Source: Escherichia coli
Lineage (GTDB): Bacteria > Pseudomonadota > Gammaproteobacteria > Enterobacterales > Enterobacteriaceae
DNA: 64,000 nucleotides
Assembly (NCBI RefSeq): GCF_013315695.1
Contig: NZ_CP054353.1
Strand: one strand, 5' to 3'
The first letter of the stretch is position 1; every line of letters starts with the position of its first letter. This document shows positions 50,309 through 60,859 of the stretch, piece after piece. The position numbers and the translations under genes were made by a program. The notes beneath the pieces are model-generated. The model had not been told where the DNA came from. It saw nothing but the letters and a program-made list of their open reading frames with translations, and did no database searches.

Positions 50309-50818
50309 GTGGCTACGCAGACTGAAGTTGCCAGGCATTTAAGTCTGACCGATCGCCAGCTTCGCAGATTGCAGAAATTGCCGGGTGCCCCGATATCGAA
50401 TAAGCGAGGGCAACTGGATCTGGATGCCTGGCGCGATTTTTACATATCGTATCTGAGAAGAAGTAAAAACGATGTGCCTGATGGCGATAGCGAAGACGAC
50501 TATGAGGAGAAATTGCTTATTGCCAGATGGGAACTGACAGCAGAACAGGCTGTTACACAGCAGTTAAAAAATGAGGTGTCAAAAGGAAAACTTATTGACA
50601 CCGGGTTCTGTATTTTTGCCCTCAGCAAGCTGGCAATGGCGTTATCCAGTACGCTTGATTCCATCCCTTTATCCATGCAGCGACAGTTTCCTGATTTAAC
50701 ACCGCGCCATCTTGACCATCTGAAAACCCTTATTGCGAAGGGGGCAAATCAGTGTGCGCGGGCGGGGGATAAATTACCGGATTTACTCGATGAATATATC
50801 AGAGCAACAACTGAATAA
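50309..50818 (+). CDS. nu1: terminase small subunit (Nu1-like)
   Basis: C-terminal ...TGFCIFALSKLAMALSSTLDSIPLSMQRQFPDLTPRHLDHLKTLI parallels lambda Nu1. GTG start. Confidence 0.8.
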   Translation: MATQTEVARHLSLTDRQLRRLQKLPGAPISNKRGQLDLDAWRDFYISYLRRSKNDVPDGDSEDDYEEKLLIARWELTAEQAVTQQLKNEVSKGKLIDTGFCIFALSKLAMALSSTLDSIPLSMQRQFPDLTPRHLDHLKTLIAKGANQCARAGDKLPDLLDEYIRATTE

Positions 50819-52707
50819 TATGATGAGTGCTGTCACAACAGCATTACAGCCCCTGATAAGGGCATTGCCGGTGACGCCAGTTGAATGGGCTGATCAAAAT
50901 TATTATCTGCCTAAAGAATCTTCATATGGTGAGGGAGAATGGAAAACGCTGCCGTTCCAGATCGCCATCATGAACAGCATGGGGAATGATCAGATCCGGA
51001 CTGTTAATCTGATTAAATCTGCCCGTGTTGGCTATACAAAGATGTTGCTGGGGGTGGTCGGGTATTTTATTGAGCATAAATCCCGAAACAGTCTGCTTTT
51101 TCAGCCCACGGATTCTGCCGCTGAAGATTTTATGAAGTCTCACGTGGAGGCGACGATTCGGGATGTGCCATGTCTGAAAGACCTTTCTCCATGGCTGGGG
51201 CGTAAACATCGTGACAATACTCTCACGCTGAAACGCTTTTCATCGGGTGTGGGCTTCTGGTGCCTGGGCGGCGCTGCCGCCAAAAACTACCGTGAAAAAT
51301 CCGTGGACGTGGTCTGCTATGACGAACTTTCCTCGTTCGAACCGGATGTCGAAAAAGAGGGTTCGCCAACCCTGCTTGGGGATAAACGTATTGAGGGCTC
51401 TGTATGGCCCAAATCCATTCGCGGCTCGACGCCTAAAATCAAAGGCACCTGCCAGATCGAAAAAGCGGCCAACGAGTCGGCGCATTTCATGCGTTTTTAT
51501 GTGCCCTGCCCGCACTGTGGGGAGGCGCAGTATCTGAAATTTGGCGATGAGTCCACGCCTTTTGGCCTTAAATGGGAGAAGGACAGCCCCGAAAGCGTTT
51601 TCTACCTCTGTGAACATCATGGCTGCGTGATCCATCAGTCTGAGCTTGACCAGAGCAACGGGCGGTGGATCTGTGAAAACACGGGGATGTGGACCCGCGA
51701 CGGTCTGACGTTTTTCAGCGCTGCGGATAATGAAATTCCGCCGCCGCGCTCCATCACATTCCATATCTGGACGGCGTACAGTCCGTTCACCACCTGGGTA
51801 CAGATTGTCTATGACTGGCTGGATGCACTGAAAGATCCCAACGGCCTGAAAACCTTTGTGAACACCACGCTGGGCGAGACCTGGGAAGAGGCCGTGGGCG
51901 AAAAACTCGATCACCAGGTGCTGATGGATAAGGTTGTGCGTTACACGGCTGCGGTGCCTTCCCGGGTGGTTTATCTGACGGCGGGCATTGACTCGCAGCG
52001 AAACCGTTTTGAGATGTATGTCTGGGGATGGGCTCCGGGAGAGGAAGCCTTTCTGGTGGATAAAATCATCATTATGGGGCGTCCCGATGAGGAAGAGACG
52101 CTGTTACGTGTGGATGTGGCGATCAACAAAAAATACCGCCATGCAGACGGAACCGAAATGACCATTTCCCGTGTCTGCTGGGACACCGGGGGGAATTGTC
52201 TATCAGAGGTCAAAAAAACACGGTGTTTTCCGGGTGCTGCCGGTAAAAGGTGCATCTGTTTATGGCAAGCCGGTGATCACCATGCCAAAAACCCGCAATC
52301 AGCGGGGCGTGTATCTGTGCGAAGTGGGGACGGACACCGCAAAAGAAATTCTCTATGCCCGTATGAAAGCCGATCCCACGCCTGCGGATGAAGCCACGTC
52401 GTATGCCATCCGTTTTCCTGATGATCCGGAGATTTTTTCGCAGACAGAGGCGCAGCAACTGGTGGCGGAAGAGCTTGTGGAGAAGTGGGAAAAAGGAAAG
52501 ATGCGTCTGCTGTGGGATAACAAAAAGCGGCGTAACGAAGCGCTGGACTGCCTGGTGTATGCCTACGCGGCATTACGTGTGTCCGTGCAACGCTGGCAGC
52601 TTGATCTGGCTGTACTGGCAAAATCCCGGGAAGAAGAGACGACCCGGCCAACCCTTAAAGAACTGGCAGCGAAGCTGTCCGGAGGAGTGAATGGTTACAG
52701 TCGCTGA
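50790..52707 (+). pseudogene. A: terminase large subunit (gpA-like), interrupted by a frameshift near 52205-52215
   Basis: MNISEQQLNN...PVEWADQNYYLPKESSYGEGEWKTLPFQ matches lambda A through ...SRVCWDTGG. The reading frame then shifts and resumes (IVYQRSKKHGVFRV...EALDCLVYAYAALRVSVQRWQLDL) at a ggggggaa homopolymer. Confidence 0.75.
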
Positions 52708-52897
52708 ACTGCAGGCGCTGCGTCAGGCGCGCCTTGATTTATTAACCGGTAAACGGGTGGTGTCTGTCCAGAAAGATGGTCGCAGAATTGAATATACGGC
52801 AGCTTCTCTGGATGAGCTTAACCGGGCGATCAATGATGCGGAGTCGGTACTGGGGACAACCCGCCGTCGCCGTCGTCCGCTGGGAGTGAGGTTATGA
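52691..52897 (+). CDS. W: head-tail joining protein W
   Basis: 68 aa, at the lambda W position. Confidence 0.7.
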   Translation: MVTVAELQALRQARLDLLTGKRVVSVQKDGRRIEYTAASLDELNRAINDAESVLGTTRRRRRPLGVRL

Positions 52898-54486
52898 AAC
52901 GAACGCCTGTCCTGATTGATGTGAACGGCGTTCCGCTTCGGGAGAGCCTCAGCTACAACGGTGGCGGTGCAGGATTTGGCGGGCAAATGGCAGAGTGGTT
53001 GCCACCCTCGCAGAGTGCCGATGCGGCCCTGCTGCCCGCGTTGCGTCTGGGGAATGCCCGTGCAGATGATCTGGTGCGCAATAACGGAATAGCGGCCAAT
53101 GCGGTGGCCCTGCATAAGGATCACATTGTCGGGCATATGTTTCTGATCAGTTACCGTCCGAACTGGCGCTGGCTGGGGATGCGGGAGACCGCGGCAAAAA
53201 GTTTTGTCGATGAGGTGGAGGCGGCCTGGTCAGAATACGCAGAAGGGATGTTTGGTGAGATCGACATGGAAGGGAAACGCACGTTCACGGAATTTATCCG
53301 TGAAGGTGTGGGCGTTCATGCGTTTAACGGCGAAATCTTTGTGCAGCCGGTCTGGGATACGGAGAGCACGCAACTGTTTCGTACGCGTTTTAAAGCCGTG
53401 AGTCCGAAACGGGTGGACACGCCAGGACACGGTATGGGGAACCGTTTTCTGCGGGCCGGTGTGGAGGTCGATCGATATGGTCGTGCCGTTGCGTACCATA
53501 TCTGTGAGGATGATTTTCCTCGCTCCGGGAGTGGACGATGGGAACGGATCCCGCGTGAACTTCCCACCGGGCGTCCGGCCATGCTGCATATTTTCGAGCC
53601 GGTGGAGGACGGGCAGACCCGTGGGGCCAATCAGTTTTACAGCGTAATGGAACGGCTGAAGATGCTCGATTCCCTGCAGGCAACACAGCTTCAGTCGGCC
53701 ATAGTGAAGGCGATGTATGCAGCGACGATTGAAAGTGAACTTGATACCGAAAAGGCCTTTGAATATATCGCCGGTGCGCCGCAGGGGCAGAAGGATAATC
53801 CGCTTATTAATATTCTGGAGAAGTTCTCCACCTGGTATGACACGAATAGCGTGACGCTGGGCGGTGTCAAAATTCCGCACCTTTTCCCCGGTGATGATCT
53901 GAAACTTCAGACCGCGCAGGATTCAGACAATGGATTTTCGGCGCTTGAACAGGCGCTGCTGCGGTATATCGCCGCCGGTCTTGGCGTTTCCTACGAACAG
54001 TTGTCCCGTGATTACTCGAAGGTCAGTTATTCAAGTGCCCGCGCATCCGCCAATGAGTCGTGGCGCTATTTTATGGGGCGGCGAAAATTTATTGCGTCCC
54101 GGCTGGCCACGCAGATGTTTTCCTGCTGGCTGGAAGAGGCACTTCTTCGGGGGATTATTCGTCCGCCACGGGCGCGTTTTGATTTTTATCAGGCGCGATC
54201 AGCCTGGTCACGGGCTGAGTGGATTGGAGCCGGAAGAATGGCCATTGACGGGCTCAAGGAGGTTCAGGAATCAGTGATGCGCATTGAGGCCGGACTGAGC
54301 ACGTATGAGAAAGAGCTGGCGCTGATGGGCGAGGATTATCAGGACATTTTCCGCCAGCAGGTCAGGGAATCTGCAGAGCGGGAAAAAGCCGGACTCTCAC
54401 GTCCGGTGTGGATAGCGCAGGCGTATCAGCAGCAGATAGCGGAGAGTCGCAGGCCGGAAGAGGAGACAACACCACGTGAGACGTAA
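52894..54486 (+). CDS. B: portal protein B
   Basis: 530 aa, lambda B-like. Confidence 0.85.
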   Translation: MKRTPVLIDVNGVPLRESLSYNGGGAGFGGQMAEWLPPSQSADAALLPALRLGNARADDLVRNNGIAANAVALHKDHIVGHMFLISYRPNWRWLGMRETAAKSFVDEVEAAWSEYAEGMFGEIDMEGKRTFTEFIREGVGVHAFNGEIFVQPVWDTESTQLFRTRFKAVSPKRVDTPGHGMGNRFLRAGVEVDRYGRAVAYHICEDDFPRSGSGRWERIPRELPTGRPAMLHIFEPVEDGQTRGANQFYSVMERLKMLDSLQATQLQSAIVKAMYAATIESELDTEKAFEYIAGAPQGQKDNPLINILEKFSTWYDTNSVTLGGVKIPHLFPGDDLKLQTAQDSDNGFSALEQALLRYIAAGLGVSYEQLSRDYSKVSYSSARASANESWRYFMGRRKFIASRLATQMFSCWLEEALLRGIIRPPRARFDFYQARSAWSRAEWIGAGRMAIDGLKEVQESVMRIEAGLSTYEKELALMGEDYQDIFRQQVRESAEREKAGLSRPVWIAQAYQQQIAESRRPEEETTPRET

Positions 54487-55981
54487 TCTTTCACACATTA
54501 TTGCCGCAGCATTCAATGAACCGCTGCTTCTGGAGCCCGCCTATGCGCGGGTTTTCTTTTGCGCGCTCGGGCGCGAGATGGGGGCAGCAAGTCTTTCGGT
54601 ACCGCAACAGCAGGTACAGCTTGATGCTCCCGGGATGCTGGCTGAAACGGACGAGTACATGGCCGGAGGTAAACGACCGGCCCGTGTTTACCGGGTGGTG
54701 AACGGTATTGCGGTACTGCCGGTGACCGGCACGCTGGTGCACCGGCTGGGGGGGATGCGGCCATTTTCCGGAATGACTGGCTATGACGGCATTGTCGCCT
54801 GTCTTCAGCAGGCAATGGCAGATAGCCAGGTGCGGGGCATACTGCTGGACATTGACAGTCCGGGCGGGCAGGCCGCCGGCGCGTTTGACTGCGCTGACAT
54901 GATTTACCGCCTCCGGCAGCAGAAGCCGGTCTGGGCACTGTGTAATGACACGGCCTGTTCTGCAGCCATGCTGCTGGCGTCGGCCTGCTCCCGACGGCTG
55001 GTTACCCAGACATCCCGTATCGGCTCCATTGGCGTGATGATGAGCCATGTCAGCTATGCCGGTCATCTGGCGCAGGCCGGTGTGGATATCACGCTGATTT
55101 ACTCAGGAGCGCACAAGGTGGATGGCAATCAGTTTGAAGCGTTGCCGGCAGAGGTTCGCCAGGACATGCAGCAGCGGATTGATGCGGCGCGCCGGATGTT
55201 TGCCGAAAAAGTGGCGATGTATACCGGTCTGTCTGTTGATGCGGTCACGGGAACAGAGGCTGCCGTTTTTGAAGGTCAGTCCGGCATTGAGGCCGGGCTG
55301 GCGGATGAATTAATCAATGCGTCGGATGCCATCAGTGTGATGGCCACGGCGCTGAACAGTAATGTCAGAGGAGGCACTATGCCGCAATTAACTGCAACGG
55401 AAGCCGCCGTGCAGGAGAACCAGCGAGTGATGGGGATCCTGACATGCCAGGAAGCGAAAGGACGTGAACAGCTTGCCACGATGCTGGCAGGGCAACAGGG
55501 CATGAGCGTTGAACAGGCCCGGGCGATTCTGGCCGCGGCGGCACCGCAGCAGCCGGTGGCATCCGCACAGAGTGAAGCCGATCGCATTATGGCGTGTGAA
55601 GAAGCGAACGGTCGTGAACAACTGGCGGCAACGCTGGCGGCGATGCCGGAGATGACGGTGGAAAAAGCCCGCCCGATCCTGGCTGCTTCACCGCAGGCGA
55701 ATGCCGGACCATCACTCCGTGATCAGATCATGGCACTGGATGAGGCAAAAGGGGCTGAGGCGCAGGCTGAACAGCTGGCTGCCTGCCCGGGAATGACTGT
55801 GGAGAGCGCCCGGGCTGTGCTGGCTGCGGGATCAGGTAAGGCAGAACCGGTCTCTGCATCCACAACCGCCCTGTTTGAACATTTCATGGCGAACCATTCA
55901 CCGGCTGCGGTCCAGGGGGGCGTGTCACAGGCGTCAGAAGACGGTGATGCGGACGTGAAAATGCTCATGGCCATGCCATGA
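54476..55981 (+). CDS. C: head maturation protease/scaffold (lambda C-like S49/ClpP-family peptidase with a nested Nu3-like C-terminus)
   Basis: The S49 peptidase core and repeated ...EAKGREQLA... scaffold segments lie in a single 501-aa ORF. Confidence 0.8.
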   Translation: MRRNLSHIIAAAFNEPLLLEPAYARVFFCALGREMGAASLSVPQQQVQLDAPGMLAETDEYMAGGKRPARVYRVVNGIAVLPVTGTLVHRLGGMRPFSGMTGYDGIVACLQQAMADSQVRGILLDIDSPGGQAAGAFDCADMIYRLRQQKPVWALCNDTACSAAMLLASACSRRLVTQTSRIGSIGVMMSHVSYAGHLAQAGVDITLIYSGAHKVDGNQFEALPAEVRQDMQQRIDAARRMFAEKVAMYTGLSVDAVTGTEAAVFEGQSGIEAGLADELINASDAISVMATALNSNVRGGTMPQLTATEAAVQENQRVMGILTCQEAKGREQLATMLAGQQGMSVEQARAILAAAAPQQPVASAQSEADRIMACEEANGREQLAATLAAMPEMTVEKARPILAASPQANAGPSLRDQIMALDEAKGAEAQAEQLAACPGMTVESARAVLAAGSGKAEPVSASTTALFEHFMANHSPAAVQGGVSQASEDGDADVKMLMAMP

Positions 55982-56017
55982 AGTCAGTGCTGAACATCAA
56001 TACGAGGTTTTTACAAT

Positions 56018-56365
56018 ATGGTGACGAAAACCATCACTGAACAGCGTGCGGAAGTACGTATTTTTGCCGGTAATGATCCGGCTCACACCGCCACAGGCAG
56101 CAGCGGGATTTCCTCGGCAACACCGGCACTGACACCCCTGATGCTGGATGGGGCCACCGGGAAACTGGTGGTCTGGGACGGACAGAAAGCCGGTAGTGCG
56201 GTTGGCATACTGGTACTGCCGCTTGAAGGCACAGAGGAGGTGCTGACCTATTACAAGTCGGGGACCTTTGCGACGGAGGCAATCCGCTGGCCTGAAAGTG
56301 TGGATGAACACAAAAAGGCCAACGCCTTTACCGGCAGTGCCCTGAGTCACGCGGCGCTGCCGTAA
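56018..56365 (+). CDS. D: head decoration protein D
   Basis: 115 aa at the lambda D position; ...YKSGTFATEAIRWPE. Confidence 0.8.
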   Translation: MVTKTITEQRAEVRIFAGNDPAHTATGSSGISSATPALTPLMLDGATGKLVVWDGQKAGSAVGILVLPLEGTEEVLTYYKSGTFATEAIRWPESVDEHKKANAFTGSALSHAALP

Positions 56366-56422
56366 CACGTTATCAGGCCACCGCGTTGGCCTGACTGATT
56401 TCTTAATGAAAGGAACTGATTT

Positions 56423-57451
56423 ATGGGATTGTTTACGACCCGCCAGTTACTCGGTTATACCGAACAAAAAGTTAAATTCCGTGCGCTGTTTCTGGAGCTG
56501 TTTTTCCGCCGTACGGTGAATTTCCACACCGAAGAGGTGATGCTGGACAAAATTACCGGAAAAACGCCGGTGGCGGCCTATGTCTCCCCGATCGTTGAAG
56601 GAAAAGTGCTTCGCCATCGCGGTGGTGAAACCCGCGTGTTACGTCCGGGCTACGTCAAGCCCAAACACGAATTTAATTACCAGCAGGCGGTTGAGCGCCT
56701 TCCTGGTGAAGATCCGGCTCAGCTGAACGACCCGGCCTACCGTCGTCTGCGTATCATTACCGATAACCTCAAACAGGAAGAGCACGCCATTGTCCAGGTG
56801 GAAGAAATGCAGGCGGTGAATGCCGTGCTGTATGGCAAATACACCATGGAAGGGGATCAGTTTGATACTGTCGAGGTGGATTTCGGGCGCTCTGAAGGAA
56901 ATAACATTGAGCAGGCTGACGGTAAAAAATGGTCTGAGCAGGACCGTGATACGTTTGATCCGACGCATGATATTGACCTCTACTGCGATCAGGCCAGCGG
57001 CCTTGTGAATATCGCCATTATGGACGGTACGGTCTGGCGTCTGCTGAATGGCTTTAAGCTGTTCCGCGAAAAACTGGATACCCGTCGCGGCTCAAATTCA
57101 CAACTCGAAACGGCAGTGAAAGATCTGGGGGCGGTGGTGTCCTTCAAGGGGTATTACGGCGATCTGGCCATTGTGGTGGCGAAAACGTCTTATGTGGCAG
57201 AGGACGGTACCGAAAAACGTTATCTGCCGGAGGGCATGCTGGTGCTGGGGAATACGGCAGCAGAGGGCATTCGTTGCTATGGTGCCATTCAGGATGCGCA
57301 GGCGTTGTCCGAAGGTGTGGTGGCCTCTTCCCGTTACCCGAAACACTGGCTGACCGTGGGCGATCCGGCCCGTGAATTCACCATGACGCAGTCCGCACCG
57401 CTGATGGTGCTGCCGGATCCGGATGAGTTTGTGGTGGTACAGGTGAAATAA
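56423..57451 (+). CDS. E: major capsid protein E
   Basis: 342 aa, lambda E-like. Confidence 0.85.
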   Translation: MGLFTTRQLLGYTEQKVKFRALFLELFFRRTVNFHTEEVMLDKITGKTPVAAYVSPIVEGKVLRHRGGETRVLRPGYVKPKHEFNYQQAVERLPGEDPAQLNDPAYRRLRIITDNLKQEEHAIVQVEEMQAVNAVLYGKYTMEGDQFDTVEVDFGRSEGNNIEQADGKKWSEQDRDTFDPTHDIDLYCDQASGLVNIAIMDGTVWRLLNGFKLFREKLDTRRGSNSQLETAVKDLGAVVSFKGYYGDLAIVVAKTSYVAEDGTEKRYLPEGMLVLGNTAAEGIRCYGAIQDAQALSEGVVASSRYPKHWLTVGDPAREFTMTQSAPLMVLPDPDEFVVVQVK

Positions 57452-57502
57452 TCCGTGAGCGGGGGCGAAATGCCCCCGTGTCTTTTTTCACAGGAGGCTG
57501 AG

Positions 57503-57886
57503 ATGGCAACAAAAGAAGAAAATCTGAATCGTCTTCGTCAACTGGCTGGCCTGCTGGGGCGCGAGGCGGATATGTCGGGGAGTGCTGCGGATATTGCTCA
57601 ACGTGTGTCTGAGTGGGAAGAGGAGCTTGCTGTTTCCCCGGAGGGCATTATGCACTCTGATGAGAGCGGGGCTGATCAAAATCACACAGACGATGGTGAG
57701 CAGTTGCACAACACTGATGCTCCGGATGATGTTAAAGCGGTCCGTGTGCGGAAATGCCTGCATGTGATGGGGTATTGCCCGGAGACAGGCCGTCCCGTTG
57801 AACTGACGTACCGGGGCATGCGTGTTATGGTGCCATCACCACTGGCGACAGCCATGATACAGCACGGAACGGCTGAGCATGCGTGA
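57503..57886 (+). CDS. FI: DNA-packaging protein FI-like
   Basis: Start at the ATG preceded by aggagg; 127 aa; position and architecture as for lambda FI. Confidence 0.6.
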   Translation: MATKEENLNRLRQLAGLLGREADMSGSAADIAQRVSEWEEELAVSPEGIMHSDESGADQNHTDDGEQLHNTDAPDDVKAVRVRKCLHVMGYCPETGRPVELTYRGMRVMVPSPLATAMIQHGTAEHA

Positions 57887-58232
57887 TTTTCAGAATGCCT
57901 TTGATGCTGCCCTCGCCGGGGTGGACAGTACGATCGTTGAAGTGATGGGGATCCGTGCGCAGTTCACCTCCGGAGCACAACGTGGCGGCGAAGTTCAGGG
58001 GGTTTTTGACGATCCGGAGTCGCTGGGTTTTGCCGGTGGCGGGGTCCGTATTGAAGGAAGCAGCCCGTCATTATTTGTGCGGACGGATACGGTGCGTGCC
58101 GTGCGGCGTGGTGACACGCTGACCATTAACGGCGAGATGTTCTGGGTGGATCGTGTTTCTCCGGATGACGGGGGAAGCTGTTATCTCTGGCTCAACCGTG
58201 GGCAACCACCCGCTGTTAACCGGCGACGATAA
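57879..58232 (+). CDS. FII: head-tail connector FII
   Basis: 117 aa. Confidence 0.7.
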   Translation: MRDFQNAFDAALAGVDSTIVEVMGIRAQFTSGAQRGGEVQGVFDDPESLGFAGGGVRIEGSSPSLFVRTDTVRAVRRGDTLTINGEMFWVDRVSPDDGGSCYLWLNRGQPPAVNRRR

Positions 58233-58247
58233 ACGCAGGGTGAAATT

Positions 58248-58823
58248 ATGGCGATAAAAGGGCTTGATCAGGCGATTGATAATCTGAGCCGGGTTCGTAA
58301 AAACGCCATTCCGGCGGCTTCAGCAATGACGATTAACCGCGTGGCCACAACGGCGATTAATCAGTCTTCATCACAGGTTGCCCGGGAGACAAAGGTACGC
58401 CGGAAACTGGTTAAGGAACGGTCCAGACTGAAACGGGCCACGGTCAGAAATCCGAATGCAAAAATTATCGTTAACCGCGGTGATCTCCCTGTGATTAAGC
58501 TGGGGATCAGAATGCTGGGGCGTCGTCCGGACAGCATACTCAAAGCCGGTCAGCATCGTTATCAGCGGGCATTTATCCAGCGATTAAATAATGGGCGCTG
58601 GCATGTTATGCAACGTCTTCCCCAGGCCAGATATGAGGAGGGCAATGACGACAAGGGAAGGAAAAAGCGTAATCGCCTTCCCATTCAGGTGGTGAAAATC
58701 CCGATGGCGGCCCCACTGAAACAGGCATTTGATGAGAATGTTGACCGTATCCGGCGTGAACGCCTGCCTAAAGAACTGGCATACGCGCTGAAACAACAAC
58801 TGAGGATTGCGATAAAACGATGA
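58248..58823 (+). CDS. Z: tail completion protein Z
   Basis: 191 aa. Confidence 0.7.
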   Translation: MAIKGLDQAIDNLSRVRKNAIPAASAMTINRVATTAINQSSSQVARETKVRRKLVKERSRLKRATVRNPNAKIIVNRGDLPVIKLGIRMLGRRPDSILKAGQHRYQRAFIQRLNNGRWHVMQRLPQARYEEGNDDKGRKKRNRLPIQVVKIPMAAPLKQAFDENVDRIRRERLPKELAYALKQQLRIAIKR

Positions 58824-59215
58824 AACACACTGACATTCGTGCCGCAGTGCTGGATGCACTCGAGCAGCATGAACACGGGGCGACGCTGTTTGATGGTCGC
58901 CCCGTTGTTTTTGACGAAGAGGATTTTCCTGCGATCGCGGTTTATCTGACGGATGCAGAGTATACCGGTGAAGAGCTGGATGCAGATACCTGGCGGGCCA
59001 CGCTGCATATTGAGGTGTTTTTACCGGCACAGGTACCGGATTCAGAGCTTGATCAGTGGATGGAAAGCCGGATTTACCCGGCGATGACTGCGATCCCGGC
59101 ACTGGCAGGACTGATTACCACGATGGTTACGCAGGGCTATGAGTATCGTCGTGATGACGATATGGCGTTATGGAGCTCTGCGGATCTGACTTATTCCATT
59201 ACATACGAGATGTGA
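58820..59215 (+). CDS. U: tail terminator protein U
   Basis: 131 aa. Confidence 0.75.
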   Translation: MKHTDIRAAVLDALEQHEHGATLFDGRPVVFDEEDFPAIAVYLTDAEYTGEELDADTWRATLHIEVFLPAQVPDSELDQWMESRIYPAMTAIPALAGLITTMVTQGYEYRRDDDMALWSSADLTYSITYEM

Positions 59216-59222
59216 GGACGAT

Positions 59223-59969
59223 ATGGCAACACCAAATCCCCTGGAGCCGGTAAAAGGTGCCGGTACCACTCTGTGGGTTTACAACGGCAAGGCTGATGCT
59301 TATGCAAACCCGTTGTCAGACGATGACTGGCAGCGACTGGCTAAGGTGAAGGATCTGACGCCGGGCGAGATGACGGCTGAATCCTACGATGATAACTACC
59401 TGGATGATGAAGACGCGGACTGGAGCGCGACCGGGCAGGGGCAGAAATCTGCAGGTGATACCAGTTTTACGCTGGCCTGGAAACCGGGAGAGGAAGGTCA
59501 GAAAGGGCTTATAGGCTGGTTTGAAAGCGGCGATGTCCGGGCCTATAAAATCCGTTTTCCGAATGGCACGGTGGATGTGTTTCGTGGCTGGGTCAGCAGT
59601 ATCGGTAAGGCCGTGACGGCGAAAGAAGTGATCACCCGCACGGTGAAAGTCACTAACGTGGGTAAACCTTCTGTAGCGGAAGAACGCAGCAAAATTACGC
59701 CGGTCACTGCGATTAAGGTAACGCCGACAGGTACGGTTGAAAAAGGGAAAACAACCACCCTGACCGTTACTGTGGAACCGGAAAATGCAACGGATAAGAC
59801 ATTCAGGGCGATTTCCGCCGATCCATCAAAAGCCACCATTAGCGTGAAAGATATGACGATTACTGTGACGGGGGTTAAGGATGGAAAAGTCAGCATCCCT
59901 GTGATTTCCGGTAATGGTCAGTTTGCTGCGGTGGCTGAAATTACCGTTAATAATGTGCCGGGTGGCTAA
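59223..59969 (+). CDS. V: major tail protein V with a C-terminal Ig-like (Big_2) domain
   Basis: 248 aa; C-terminal ...[26 protein letters not shown]... Confidence 0.85.
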   Translation: MATPNPLEPVKGAGTTLWVYNGKADAYANPLSDDDWQRLAKVKDLTPGEMTAESYDDNYLDDEDADWSATGQGQKSAGDTSFTLAWKPGEEGQKGLIGWFESGDVRAYKIRFPNGTVDVFRGWVSSIGKAVTAKEVITRTVKVTNVGKPSVAEERSKITPVTAIKVTPTGTVEKGKTTTLTVTVEPENATDKTFRAISADPSKATISVKDMTITVTGVKDGKVSIPVISGNGQFAAVAEITVNNVPGG

Positions 59970-59987
59970 AGAGCTGAGAGATAAGCG

Positions 59988-60419
59988 ATGTTCCTGAAAA
60001 CAGAACAATTTGAATATAACGGTGTATCCGTCACGCTTTCTGAGCTGTCTGCGCTGCAGCGTATTGAGCATCTTGCCCTCCTGAAACGGCGGGCAGAAGA
60101 GGCTGAAGCCAGCGGCAACCTGCAGGTGAGTGTGGAAGATCTTGTCAGAACCGGCGCGTTTCTGGTGGCGATGTCCCTGTGGCATAACCATCCACAGAAA
60201 ACGCAGTCACCGTCAATGAATGAGGCCGTGATGAAGATAGAGCAGGAAGTGCTCACCACCTGGCCTGCCGATGCCATTGCCCGGGCGGAAGACGTGGTGT
60301 TGTGCCTGTCCGGGATGATCGAAGCTGTTCGTCCGGATACTGATATTACTGAAGTGGCGAAAAATAACACGCTGACTGATGATGATTTTTCTGCGGGAAA
60401 GTCTTCGACGGCGAGCTGA
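59988..60419 (+). CDS. G: tail assembly chaperone G
   Basis: 143 aa ending ...FSAGKSSTAS with the slippery site near its end. Confidence 0.8.
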   Translation: MFLKTEQFEYNGVSVTLSELSALQRIEHLALLKRRAEEAEASGNLQVSVEDLVRTGAFLVAMSLWHNHPQKTQSPSMNEAVMKIEQEVLTTWPADAIARAEDVVLCLSGMIEAVRPDTDITEVAKNNTLTDDDFSAGKSSTAS

Positions 60420-60859
60420 ACTTTGCCCTCAGACTGGCGCGTGAGATGGGGAGACCCGACTGGCGCGCCATGCTTGCCGGGATGACATCCACCGAATATG
60501 CCGACTGGCACCGTTTTTACCGCACGCATTATTTTCAGGATACCCAGCTGGATATGCATTTTTCCGGGCTGACGTACGCTGTACTCAGCCTGTTTTTTTG
60601 CGATCCGGATATGCATCCCTCTGATTTCAGTCTGCTTGTCCCCCGGCATGAGGAAGAGCAGGTGGAGAGGCCGGATGAGGACAAAATGCTGATGCAGAAA
60701 GCGGCAGGACTTGCCGGAGGCGTCCGGTTCGGTGGGGACGGAGGGCGCGATATTTTATCGTCTGCGGATGTGGCGGATGTCATGGTGGATGATGCCGCAT
60801 TAATGATGGCTTCAGCGGGGATTCCGGGAGGTGTGAGATATGTCCCAGCCGGTTGGTGA
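60395..60859 (+). CDS. T: tail assembly chaperone G-T C-terminal extension (-1 programmed frameshift)
   Basis: Slippery heptamer gggaaag at 60395-60401; the -1 frame ORF 60446..60859 continues into H. Confidence 0.7.
   Translation, partial: GKVFDGELNFALRLAREMGRPDWRAMLAGMTSTEYADWHRFYRTHYFQDTQLDMHFSGLTYAVLSLFFCDPDMHPSDFSLLVPRHEEEQVERPDEDKMLMQKAAGLAGGVRFGGDGGRDILSSADVADVMVDDAALMMASAGIPGGVRYVPAGW

Noticed and set aside
54491-55621. Several minus-strand ORFs (191, 141, 103 and 77 aa) within the C/Nu3 gene
   Set aside because: Antisense to the protease/scaffold gene, with Arg/Pro/Ala-rich composition; spurious.
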